Shown in pieces: positions 20,863 to 30,120 of a stretch of DNA of 64,000 nucleotides (position 1 is the stretch's first letter; each line of letters starts with the position of its first letter). The notes under the pieces were generated by a model. That model ran no database searches, had not been told where the DNA came from, and saw only the letters and a program-made list of their open reading frames with translations. Location: positions 1 through 64,000 of the forward strand of contig JBGAIQ010000019.1 in the NCBI GenBank assembly GCA_044225365.1, in the 5' to 3' direction. Origin of the DNA: Planctomycetota bacterium (GTDB lineage: Bacteria; Planctomycetota; B15-G4; JADJEK01). The translations under genes were made by a program, and so were the position numbers.

Positions 20863-21870
20863 TCAGCGAAGCGTCGTCGCTACCGCGCGCGCGACGTCCG
20901 CGAGAAGCGCCTCGCGTTCGGCCTCGGGCAGACTCGAGTCGGAAAGGAACGCGGCGATGGCGACCCGGCGACCCGAGGGAAGCGTCGCGATGCCGTAGTC
21001 GTTCGTCGCCCCGTTTCGACCATTCACGGTTCCTGAAGTCCCGGTCTTGTGCTCGAGACGAGTTCCCGCGTCGAGACCTGCGCGCAGGCGGTTCTTGCCG
21101 GTCATCGTCTCCGCCATCGTCTGCCGCAACCACCGGGTCGATTCCTCGCCCAGCAATCTTCCAGCGGCGAGTGCATCGAGGAACGTGATGGCGGCGCGGG
21201 GAGAAGCGCGGTCCCGCGGGTCGGCGAGATACGCTTCGTACGCCGCGATCCGGCGCTCCGGGGGCACGCTCGCCACGGCTGCATCCGATCCTTCGGAGGT
21301 GCTCATCGAAGCGTCGAATCGCGGGATCCCATGGAACTCCGACTGCAGATCGCGCTCGTAGCGGTCGACGCGGAAGTTCGAGATTCCGTGCTCCTCCAGG
21401 AAGCGAGAGACGGCTGGCGGTCCGCCGATCTTCTCGAGGAGGACGTCGGCTGCGGTGTTGTCGCTCGTAGTGACCGCCGCGTCGACGAGTTCACGAAACG
21501 AGAACGACCTCTCCGTCACGTTCGCTCGCAGGAAATCCTGGGCAATCGGGCTGTAGTCGATCGACAGGTCTTTCGCGGTCAGCACGATGGCGTCGTCGAG
21601 TCGGAGTTGCTTCGAATCGACGCGGGACAGCACGGCCGCAGCGAGCGCGGCCTTGAACGCGCTCTGCAAGGGCAGCGGACGATCGCCTTCGACGTACCAG
21701 TCCTCGCGCGAGTCGAGATCGAGTACGCCGATGCCGAACTTCGCCGGACGCGCTCGTCTGGCGATCGATTCGAGGCGCGTCTGCAACGTGGCAGGACCCT
21801 CGGAAGGAGCAGTCGAACACGCGGCGAGGACGAGGCAAAGGAGGACGAGGCTTGGACGTGGCATTCCCAT
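20863..21870 (-). CDS. bla: Class A serine beta-lactamase (lipoprotein)
   Basis: SAFK (SxxK), SDN, omega-loop Glu in DRYE, KTGT; lipobox LAAC. Confidence 0.88.
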   Translation of the reverse strand: MGMPRPSLVLLCLVLAACSTAPSEGPATLQTRLESIARRARPAKFGIGVLDLDSREDWYVEGDRPLPLQSAFKAALAAAVLSRVDSKQLRLDDAIVLTAKDLSIDYSPIAQDFLRANVTERSFSFRELVDAAVTTSDNTAADVLLEKIGGPPAVSRFLEEHGISNFRVDRYERDLQSEFHGIPRFDASMSTSEGSDAAVASVPPERRIAAYEAYLADPRDRASPRAAITFLDALAAGRLLGEESTRWLRQTMAETMTGKNRLRAGLDAGTRLEHKTGTSGTVNGRNGATNDYGIATLPSGRRVAIAAFLSDSSLPEAEREALLADVARAVATTLR

Positions 21871-22060
21871 GGTTTCGTTTCGACGGCGGACGCCAAGCGC
21901 TGCCACGTGAGGGATCGTCGCAGCGCTTCGTTCGTCCGTGGGGATCGAAGGCTACGGACGCGGCGGACGGCGTCGAGCGGGAAACTTCCGATTCGAGCGT
22001 CTCGCGCGACAGTATCATCCTCTCGTGAGGAGACTCGACCTTCGCGGTGGGTGACGTGCG

Positions 22061-22810
22061 ATGACCGATTTCTACGACGCGCTCGCGCCCTTCTATCACC
22101 TGCTCTTCCAGGACTGGGAAGCGAGCATCGAGCGGCAAGGAGCGCAGCTCGCGGACCTGATCCGCTCGCGATGGAGCGGAGAGAAGGTTCTCGATGTCTC
22201 CTGCGGGATCGGGACGCAGTCGTTCGGCCTCGCCGAGAACGGTTTCCACGTGACGGCCTCGGATCCTTCGCGGGGAGCCGTAACCCGCGCTCGGGCCGAA
22301 GCGCACAAGCGAGGACTCACGGTCGCGTTCGACGTGTTGGATATGCGCGCGGCGCACGAGAGGCATGGCGGAGGATTCGACTGCGTCATCTCGTGCGACA
22401 ACTCGATTCCGCATCTGCTCGATGACGCTGAGATCCTGCGCGCGCTCTCCCAGGTGCTCCTCTGCCTGCGACCCGGTGGAGGATGCCTGCTCAGTGTCCG
22501 CGACTATGCGAAGGAGGAGCGCGGCCGGAATCTCGTGAAGACGTACGGGGCGAGGATCGAGAACTCGAAGCGCTACCTTCCCTTCCAGGTATGGGACTTC
22601 GAGGGTGATCACTACGACTTCACGCTCTACCTGGTCGAAGACGATCTCGAGACGCACGCGGTGACGACGCGCTCGATGCGTTCGCGCTACTACGCGATCC
22701 GTACGGACGCTCTGATCGAACTGGTCCGGCGAGCGGGATTCGTCGAAGTCTCGCGCCTCGACGGCGTGTTCTATCAACCCTGCATCGTCGGGACGCGGCC
22801 CCGCGCATGA
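22061..22810 (+). CDS. Class I SAM-dependent methyltransferase
   Basis: VLDVSCGIG, DMR, FDCVISCDNSIPHL, LRPGG. Confidence 0.9.
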   Translation: MTDFYDALAPFYHLLFQDWEASIERQGAQLADLIRSRWSGEKVLDVSCGIGTQSFGLAENGFHVTASDPSRGAVTRARAEAHKRGLTVAFDVLDMRAAHERHGGGFDCVISCDNSIPHLLDDAEILRALSQVLLCLRPGGGCLLSVRDYAKEERGRNLVKTYGARIENSKRYLPFQVWDFEGDHYDFTLYLVEDDLETHAVTTRSMRSRYYAIRTDALIELVRRAGFVEVSRLDGVFYQPCIVGTRPRA

Positions 22811-23751
22811 CACTGCGATCCCCGTCCTCGTTGCGTGGATTCCATCGAACGCTTGCGTTTCGCGTCGTGCGAGCGATCAGCGCGGTATGCCAGGGCGCTC
22901 TCTTCGCTGGGGGATGGGGCCCCGTACTCGCGATGCGAATCGGATTGCAGGGCGCGTTTCGAACGCAGGCGCACCAGCATTTCGTCGCGACTTCGTTGCC
23001 GTGGCCTCGTCCGCTCAAGCTCGCGTTCGCCTCGGATCTTCATTTCGGTCCTCTCACGCACCCGAGCGTCTTCAAGGCCGCGGCGGCGGAGATCGCGAGG
23101 TTCGGCCCGGATGTGCTGTTGCTCGGTGGGGACTTCGTCGGCCCCCTTCGCAAGTACATCTCGAAGCTCGGTCCCTTCGTCGCACCGCTCGCCGAGCGCA
23201 TGCAGGTGATCGCCGTGCTCGGAAATCACGACCTGATGCTCGACCGGTCGCGGATCGCATCCGAGTTGCGCTCGAATGGGGCGCGACTGCTCTGCAACGA
23301 GGTTTGCACGTTGCGTGCACCCTACTCCAATATCGAGGTCATCGGTCTCGACGACCCGATGTTCGGTGACCCGCGGATGCCCGTTCTCGACTCCGCCGCG
23401 GACGTACGGATCCTCCTCGTGCACTCGCCCGACGGACTGCTGCATCTCGACGGCCGTGGCGTGACGATGGCGTTCTGCGGACACACTCATGGGGGACAGG
23501 TCTGCCTGCGCAATGGACACGCTCCGATCGTGCCGCCCGGCCGGCTGTCCCGAGTCCACGTCGCGGGGGAATACCGAGTGAGCGGGATCTCGGATCGGCT
23601 CATCGTGAGTCGAGGCCTCGGTTGTGCCGTTCTTCCGATCCGGTTGAACTCACCGTCCGAGATCCACCTCTGCACTCTCCACGCCGGGGCGTCCCCGATA
23701 CCGAAGCCGTCGACGCAGAGCCCCTCCCAAGATCAGGACGTCGCGATCTGA
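22807..23751 (+). CDS. Metallophosphoesterase (YkuE-like)
   Basis: SDLH, GGD, GNHD, H, GHTHGGQ, SRGLG motifs. Confidence 0.9.
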   Translation: MTLRSPSSLRGFHRTLAFRVVRAISAVCQGALFAGGWGPVLAMRIGLQGAFRTQAHQHFVATSLPWPRPLKLAFASDLHFGPLTHPSVFKAAAAEIARFGPDVLLLGGDFVGPLRKYISKLGPFVAPLAERMQVIAVLGNHDLMLDRSRIASELRSNGARLLCNEVCTLRAPYSNIEVIGLDDPMFGDPRMPVLDSAADVRILLVHSPDGLLHLDGRGVTMAFCGHTHGGQVCLRNGHAPIVPPGRLSRVHVAGEYRVSGISDRLIVSRGLGCAVLPIRLNSPSEIHLCTLHAGASPIPKPSTQSPSQDQDVAI

Positions 23752-23949
23752 ATGTGGTTTTTCTGCTGACATGGAAATCCTCCCCGCTACCATGCGCCGC
23801 GGATTCCGGGCGGCTGCGATGGGAAGCGTAAGACAGCCGCGGAGCCGATACGACTCCACTCGGTCTTCGGATCGAGGGTATTCCCGCCCGGGCCACTTCC
23901 GCATCCCTGCGACCGCGTTCTCGCCACTTCGCAAGCGGTATCTCGCTGC

Positions 23950-25005
23950 TCAGTCGGGCAGGGACGCCATGTCGATCACGAAGCGGTACTTCACATCACC
24001 CTTCGACATCCGCTCGTAGGCATCGTTGATCCTGTCGATCGGGATCTTCTCGATGTCGGCCACGATCCCCTTCGCCGCACAGAAATCGAGCATCTCCTGT
24101 GTCTCGGAAAGGCCGCCGATGATCGAGCCCGCGATCCGGCGACGTTTCATGAGCAGGCTTCCGACGTCGATCGCAGGGTGCTTGCTCGGCGGGACGCCCA
24201 GGAGGCAGAGCGTGCCGTCGCGGCGCAGGAGCTTCGCGTACGGGTCGAGTTCGTGCGACGCGGCGATCGTGTCGACGATGAGATCGAAGGTGTTCTCCTC
24301 GCGCGCCATCGCGGCTTCGTCGGTGGAGAGGACGACCGCGTCGGCGCCGAGTCGCTTCGCGTCCTCGGCCTTTCCCCGCGAAGTCGTGAAGACGCTCGTT
24401 CGCGCTCCGAGCGCATGCGCGATCTTCACGCCCATGTGGCCGAGTCCGCCGAGCCCGACGATCCCGACCTTCTTCCCCGGGCCCGCACCGAAGTGCTTGA
24501 GGGGTGAGTAGAGCGTGATGCCGGCGCAGAGCAGAGGCGCCACCGCGGCGAAATCGCGCGTCTCTCGAATGTGCAGCACGAAGTGCTGATCGACGACGAT
24601 GTGCTTCGAGTATCCGCCATAGGTCATTCGCCCCGGGAGATGGGGATCCTCGGTGTTGTAGGTGAAGATCGTCTTGTCGTTGCAGTACTGCTCGAGATGG
24701 CTCGCGCAGTTCTCGCATCGCCGACACGATCCGACCATCACGCCGACGCCGACCACATCGCCGACCTTGAACCGGGTGACGGCGTTGCCGACGCTCTTCA
24801 CCTTTCCGACGATCTCGTGACCCGGCACGACGGGGAAGACCACGTCCTCCCATTCGCCGCGCGCGGTGTGGAGATCGGAGTGGCACACCCCGCAATACTG
24901 GATGTCGATCGCGACGTCGGAGCTGCCCAGTTCGCGGCGCTCGATCGTCGTGAGGGCGAGCGGGCTCGTATTCGTCGCTGCGGCGTAGGCCGAGGTCTTG
25001 CGCAT
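23950..25005 (-). CDS. Zn-dependent NAD(P) alcohol dehydrogenase (cinnamyl-ADH/YahK type)
   Basis: CGVCHSD, GHE, Cx2Cx2Cx7C, APLLCAGIT, GLGGLG, DVKYRFVID. Confidence 0.95.
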   Translation of the reverse strand: MRKTSAYAAATNTSPLALTTIERRELGSSDVAIDIQYCGVCHSDLHTARGEWEDVVFPVVPGHEIVGKVKSVGNAVTRFKVGDVVGVGVMVGSCRRCENCASHLEQYCNDKTIFTYNTEDPHLPGRMTYGGYSKHIVVDQHFVLHIRETRDFAAVAPLLCAGITLYSPLKHFGAGPGKKVGIVGLGGLGHMGVKIAHALGARTSVFTTSRGKAEDAKRLGADAVVLSTDEAAMAREENTFDLIVDTIAASHELDPYAKLLRRDGTLCLLGVPPSKHPAIDVGSLLMKRRRIAGSIIGGLSETQEMLDFCAAKGIVADIEKIPIDRINDAYERMSKGDVKYRFVIDMASLPD

Positions 25006-25107
25006 GTTCGGGGACTCGAAGCGTGACTCGAAGAGGAGAAGAGGATCCGAAGAAGTGAGTTCCGCCATCGGGACGACGGACGGCGCTCGATTCGGTAGAC
25101 TACCGCA

Positions 25108-25623
25108 ATGGCTACCGCCGTGAACGAGGGAGTTCGCCGGCGGTCCAAGATCGGAGACTCGCAGATCGTGACGAGTGCGCAGGGATCGACAAGAGGGCCG
25201 CGCCCACGATTGCCGACGAAGGTCAAACTCGTCGCGGCGCTGCTGATCCTCGTCGCAGTGCTCTTCGCATTGCGCATGATCGTCGTCACGACGATCTTCA
25301 TGAAGGGATTCGTGCCGATCGTCGGATTCGCGGGCGTCGGCATCCTGTTCAACATTGGCTGGGCGCGGACGATTGCGATCGTGATCCTGTGGATCGTGGC
25401 GTTCTTCTTCGGACTCTCGCTCGCCCTGATCGTGGGGATCTTCGGACATCGTCTGTTGATCGAGGGCGACGTGCGCGAGTCGATCTTCGCCCTGACGTTC
25501 GTGAGCATCCTCGAAGCGACTTCCATTTGGATGCTCCGCGTCCTCATCGATCGGAAGATCGACCCGCTCTTCGACCCTCGTCGATGGGAGAGTCTCCGGG
25601 ATCGATCCGAGGTGTTCGAGTGA
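25108..25623 (+). CDS. Hypothetical membrane protein (paralog 1)
   Basis: Four TM helices; C-terminal IWMLRVLIDRKIDPLFD. Confidence 0.6.
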   Translation: MATAVNEGVRRRSKIGDSQIVTSAQGSTRGPRPRLPTKVKLVAALLILVAVLFALRMIVVTTIFMKGFVPIVGFAGVGILFNIGWARTIAIVILWIVAFFFGLSLALIVGIFGHRLLIEGDVRESIFALTFVSILEATSIWMLRVLIDRKIDPLFDPRRWESLRDRSEVFE

Positions 25624-25657
25624 TTTCGATACCACCCCGTTCTCGAGGGGCTGCGCC

Positions 25658-26122
25658 ATGAATTCCAGGGCCCCGATCGCGATCGACGCGCGACCCCCGC
25701 TGCCGTGGCGGCTGAAGGTGGTCGCCTGCTTGTTCCTCCTCGACGGGTTGCGTTCGATTCCAGCGTTTCGCAAATCCGAGTTGGACTTCGTCCTCCTCAT
25801 CAGCGCCGTCGAGTTTCTCATCGGATTCGGACTTCTGCGGCACAGCGCTCTCGCACGCGGGGTCGGCACCGTGCTGATGTGGCTCTTGGTCGTTCCCTTG
25901 GGTCTCGGGCTCGTCGCCACCCTGTTCGGGCATCTACTCGGCGGGAAAGCGTCCCACTACTTCGACGGCGACGATCAACTGCGCGCGTCGATCTACCTCA
26001 TCGGCATACCGGTCGAGTGTCTCGCGATCTGGATGCTGCGCGTGCTCGTCGACCGCCGACTCGACGACCTGTTCGACCGTAGGAAGTGGAGGATCGGGAA
26101 CCACGGGGCGGCGTTCGACTGA
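25658..26122 (+). CDS. Hypothetical membrane protein (paralog 2)
   Basis: Four TM helices; C-terminal IWMLRVLVDRRLDDLFD. Confidence 0.6.
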   Translation: MNSRAPIAIDARPPLPWRLKVVACLFLLDGLRSIPAFRKSELDFVLLISAVEFLIGFGLLRHSALARGVGTVLMWLLVVPLGLGLVATLFGHLLGGKASHYFDGDDQLRASIYLIGIPVECLAIWMLRVLVDRRLDDLFDRRKWRIGNHGAAFD

Positions 26123-26278
26123 CATCGGCGAGCGACGCGATCTCTTTCCGATCGCGAATTCGGTTATCCTGTGGGACCGACCCGAGCCGCGTCCGTCGGC
26201 TCGCCCATCCCCGACCCGCTTCGTCGCGCTCTCGCACGCGTGCTTCGTGTGGCGGCGCGCTTCCACCGAGGAGATTCC

Positions 26279-27970
26279 ATGTCGCCGAGCTCTCGATTCG
26301 TGCGCGTCGCTCCCGTTTCGATCGCGATCGCCGTGATGTCCAGTGCCGCGTTCGGTCAAGGCCTTCTCACCCGGCACTACGGCGACAACCTGGGTGACCA
26401 GCTCGGTTCCGCCGTCGCGAATGCGGGCGACATCAACGGCGACGGGATCGACGATCTCGTCGTCGGAGCGCCCGAGGAGCAGTCGGCGGGTGCCTCGACC
26501 GGCATGATCAAGGTCTACTCCGGCGCCGATGGCAGCGTCCTCACTCAGTTCTACGGCTCGATCTCGTTCGCGGAGTTCGGAGCGGCCGTCGATGGAGTCG
26601 GCGACGTCGATCTCGACGGATTCGCCGACTTTCTCGTCGCATCGCCGGGAGATGGGGGATCGGTCGGGTCCATCACGGTCTTCTCGGGCGGGACGAATCT
26701 CGTGCTCCAGACGCTGACGACGGGCCCCGGTTACGGCCAGTTCCCCGCGCTCGGTCGGTCCGCGGCAGGGATCGGCGACATCGACAACGACGGAATCACG
26801 GATGTCGTCGGTGGAGCGCCCGCGGCCAGCGTGGGCGGGACCTACAACGGCGCGGTCCTCGCGTTCTCCGGCGCGACGGGCGCGATCCTGTTCACGTTCG
26901 CGGGCAACCCCGCCGGTGCCGCGTTCGGCGAGCAGTTCGGATACTCGACGGCCGGAGTCGGCGACATCAATGGCGACGGCCGGCCCGACTTCGCCGGCGG
27001 ATCCGTGCTCGCGAACTCGGCGAAGGGTTACGTGAAGGTCTACTCCGGCGCAACGGGACAAACGCTCTACACCTTCAACGGCGATTCGGCGAACGACTGG
27101 TTCGGCTACTCGATCGACGGCGCGGGCGACGTCAACGGCGACGGACGCGGCGACATCGTGGTGGGAGCTCCGCTCGACGACAACACGGGCACGAACTCCG
27201 GGTCGATCCGCGTGTTGTCGGGGTTGAACGGCGGGATCCTCTACACGCGCAATGCGATCGCGGCGGGCGATCAACTCGGAACGCGCGTCGCGGGGCTCGG
27301 GGACGTGGACGGCGATGGCAAGTCCGACGTGATCGGCGGCGCCCCGCTCGGCGACAGCGTCGCGATCAATGCCGGCTACGCGCGCATCTATGGCGGCGCG
27401 ACAGGCGTCACGCTCACCACGATCAACGGCCTCGCCAAGGACGACAACTTCGGCGGCGCGGTGAACAGCGCGGGCGACGCGAATGGGGACGGCAAGGTCG
27501 ATGTGGTGATCGGCGCGCCGCTCGCCGAGCCGACCGGATCGCAGGACAATGGAAGCGCATCCGTGTACTCGCTCGCTTGCGGCGCCATCGCCGCATATGG
27601 CACGGCGTGTCCGGGCAGCGGCGGCTTCGCTCCGAGCTTGTCGCTGTCCGGCTGCGCGACGCCCGGTGGCACGCTCGATTTCTCCATCGCGAACGCGAAC
27701 GGCGCCGGCGGCGCGGCGGTGGTGCTCGTGTCGGTCGTTCAGGGCTCGGGCCCGCTCGGCGGCGGCTGCACGCTGCTCATCGGACCCGCCTTGCTCGCGG
27801 TCACGCTGCCGCTGCTCGGTGTCGGCCCCGGCGCGGGGGGAATCCAGTTCCCCGTCACGCTGCCGATCCCGAGCGCGCTCGGCACGATCAAGATGCAGGC
27901 GTTCTGCCAGGATCCCGCGCTGTTCATCGGCTTCACCGCGACGAACGGAGTGTCCCTGACCATTTCGTGA
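26279..27970 (+). CDS. Secreted FG-GAP/integrin-alpha beta-propeller protein
   Basis: Seven FG....GD.NGDG..D..VGAP repeats; RBS GAGGAG; conserved C-terminal domain. Confidence 0.9.
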   Translation: MSPSSRFVRVAPVSIAIAVMSSAAFGQGLLTRHYGDNLGDQLGSAVANAGDINGDGIDDLVVGAPEEQSAGASTGMIKVYSGADGSVLTQFYGSISFAEFGAAVDGVGDVDLDGFADFLVASPGDGGSVGSITVFSGGTNLVLQTLTTGPGYGQFPALGRSAAGIGDIDNDGITDVVGGAPAASVGGTYNGAVLAFSGATGAILFTFAGNPAGAAFGEQFGYSTAGVGDINGDGRPDFAGGSVLANSAKGYVKVYSGATGQTLYTFNGDSANDWFGYSIDGAGDVNGDGRGDIVVGAPLDDNTGTNSGSIRVLSGLNGGILYTRNAIAAGDQLGTRVAGLGDVDGDGKSDVIGGAPLGDSVAINAGYARIYGGATGVTLTTINGLAKDDNFGGAVNSAGDANGDGKVDVVIGAPLAEPTGSQDNGSASVYSLACGAIAAYGTACPGSGGFAPSLSLSGCATPGGTLDFSIANANGAGGAAVVLVSVVQGSGPLGGGCTLLIGPALLAVTLPLLGVGPGAGGIQFPVTLPIPSALGTIKMQAFCQDPALFIGFTATNGVSLTIS

Positions 27971-27978
27971 GCGGATTG

Positions 27979-28376
27979 GGACCGCCACGCTCCAGCGTGG
28001 CAGGAATACGAAGAGATCCATGCCAGGCAGAGCCTGGCGTTCCCGCCGGACCGCCACGCTCCAGCGTGGCAGGAATTAGAAAAGATCCATGCCAGGTGGA
28101 GCCTGACGGTCCGGATGCCGGGACCGCCGCGCTCCAGCGTGGCAGGAATACGAAGGGATGCATGCCAGGCAGAGCCTGGCGTTCCCGCCGGACCGCCACG
28201 CTCCAGCGTGGCAGGAATTAGAAAAGATCCATGCCAGGCGGAGCCTGACGGTCCGGATGCCGGGACCGCCACGCTCCAGCGTGGCAGGAATACGAAGAGA
28301 TCCATGCCAGGCAGAGCCTGGCGGTCCGGGCCAGGCGAAGCCTGGCGGTCCGGGCCAGGCGGAGCCTGGCGCTCCG
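27979..28376. repeat. BIME-like array of GGAC-type REP palindromes
   Basis: Five units starting 27979, 28048, 28121, 28190, 28263 (alternating 69/73 bp), each GGACC-GCCACGCTCCAGCGTGGC...GCCAGGC(A/G)GAGCCTGGC, then shorter tail copies. Confidence 0.85.
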
Positions 28377-28404
28377 GCCGGGCGGTCCATCCGCCAAGCC
28401 TCGC

Positions 28405-30120
28405 TCAGCCCTTGCCGCCGCCGTCCGCCGGGGGCGGCGGAGCGTCTGGCTTCTTCTCTTCCCCGCCGCGGCGCTGGCGGTTTGCGCGCGGGTCGATCAC
28501 GTGGATCTCGCCGAACTTCGCGATCGAGTCCTTGATCGCTGCGAGATCTCCCGCGATGCAGATCACGAGCTGATCCGGATTCAGGTGCTTGGCTGCTGCG
28601 GCCTCGAGATCGCGCGGAGTGAGCTTGCGCAGACCCTCGTACTCGACCTGATCGAGATCCGCGGGCCGTCCCTCGATCTCGCGACTGACGAGTCGTTGTA
28701 CGTTGCGTCCGCGATCGGAGAACTGTTGGCCGAACGAGTAGAGGCGTGACTCGAGAGCGGTGTCGAACTCGTTCTTCGAGATCGTTCCGTTCTCACGGAT
28801 GTGAGAGATCTCGCCGAGGATCAGTTCGATCGCGCGCGCGGTCGATGCGGTCTTCGTCTGGACGCTGACCTGGAAGATGCCGGGCGCGCCTTTCGAATCG
28901 GTCGCGAAGCTCGAGCTCGCGCTGTAGGCGAGGCCCTCGTCGTTGCGGACCTTCTCGGTGATGCGCGAGGCGAACGATCCTCCGCCGAGCACGTCGTTCA
29001 TGAGTTGGATGGCGAAGCGATCGGGATCATCGCGCGTGATGCCCAGGTGACCGACGAGGATCGCGCTCTGTGGGGTCGGCGTATCGATCACGTAGACTCC
29101 GGGCTTTCCGCCCTGGATCGGTGGCTGCGGCTTCTCGATCTTGGCGGCAACCGGTTCGGCGGGCGCGGTCCAGGCGCCGAATGCGGACTCGATCTTCGCG
29201 AGCATCGCCTTCGTGTCGAAGTCGCCGACGACGGTGAGGAATGCCGCGTCGGGGCGTACGAACTTGGCGTAGGCCGCCTTCACCTTCTCGGGTGGAAAAC
29301 GATCCGGTCGCGCGCTCGGATCACCGCCGCCGAAATCGCCACCCGGACCACCGGGCCCGCCGGGACCACCGGGTCCGCCACCGCCGCGACCGCCGAAACG
29401 ATTGCGCGCGAGCGGGTGATCCGGGCCGTAGAGCAGCTTGCGGAACTCCTGACCGACGACTTGCTGCGGACCACGGCCGCCGCGGCCACCGCCGCCGAAG
29501 CCACCGAATCCGCCGCCGCCGCGCCGCTCGTTCTCGGCAGGCGGCTCGAGCGCAGGGCGAAGTGCGACCTCCGCGAAGAGTCGGAACGCCTCGTCGAAGT
29601 CGCCGACCATCGAATCGACGCTGATCGTCGCAGTCGCCGCACCGCCGCGACCCGAGATCGACGCCGAGATCTCTTCGAGCTTCGCATCGAGCTCGGAGCT
29701 CTTGAGACCGGCCGCTCCGCCGCGACGCATGCGATCGGCGAGCGCGTTCCCGAGGCCGCGATCCTCTTCGCTCTCGTAGTCCTCACCGGCGCGGAACTCG
29801 AGCTGCGCGTTCACGAGGGGGAGCTTGGTGTCCGGCGCGAGATAGACGACGAGCCCGTTCGCGAGCACATGGCGCTCGATTGCGTCGCCGACCTTCGGGA
29901 ATCGCGGCGGGAGCGGCTCACCCTTGAGGGCGAGGACTTCGCTCCAGCCCTTACCATGGACATCGCCGCGCTTGCCCTGAACGTGGGCTTCCGCCGGCTT
30001 CTCGTTCGGATCCTGCGCATCGACCTGCGCGAGCAACGATGAGGTCGCCGACGCGACGGCGAAGAACGCGAGAGCCCTTCGGATCGAGGGGAGATTCGAG
30101 GACACGAAACCGATCTTCAT
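28405..30120 (-). CDS. M16 family peptidase, non-catalytic partner subunit
   Basis: L.NGL.VYL..D..LPLV, NDVLGGGSFASRI..KVR..EGLAYS; lacks HxxEH. Confidence 0.88.
   Translation of the reverse strand: MKIGFVSSNLPSIRRALAFFAVASATSSLLAQVDAQDPNEKPAEAHVQGKRGDVHGKGWSEVLALKGEPLPPRFPKVGDAIERHVLANGLVVYLAPDTKLPLVNAQLEFRAGEDYESEEDRGLGNALADRMRRGGAAGLKSSELDAKLEEISASISGRGGAATATISVDSMVGDFDEAFRLFAEVALRPALEPPAENERRGGGGFGGFGGGGRGGRGPQQVVGQEFRKLLYGPDHPLARNRFGGRGGGGPGGPGGPGGPGGDFGGGDPSARPDRFPPEKVKAAYAKFVRPDAAFLTVVGDFDTKAMLAKIESAFGAWTAPAEPVAAKIEKPQPPIQGGKPGVYVIDTPTPQSAILVGHLGITRDDPDRFAIQLMNDVLGGGSFASRITEKVRNDEGLAYSASSSFATDSKGAPGIFQVSVQTKTASTARAIELILGEISHIRENGTISKNEFDTALESRLYSFGQQFSDRGRNVQRLVSREIEGRPADLDQVEYEGLRKLTPRDLEAAAAKHLNPDQLVICIAGDLAAIKDSIAKFGEIHVIDPRANRQRRGGEEKKPDAPPPPADGGGKG

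Noticed and set aside
23950-25920. 656-aa extended alcohol dehydrogenase
   Set aside because: The extension is antisense to two membrane-protein genes; the ADH begins at 25005
27979-28376. Possible CRISPR array
   Set aside because: The intervening sequences are repeated (A-B-A-B-A) rather than unique spacers, no cas genes are present, and related palindromes occur at other intergenic sites
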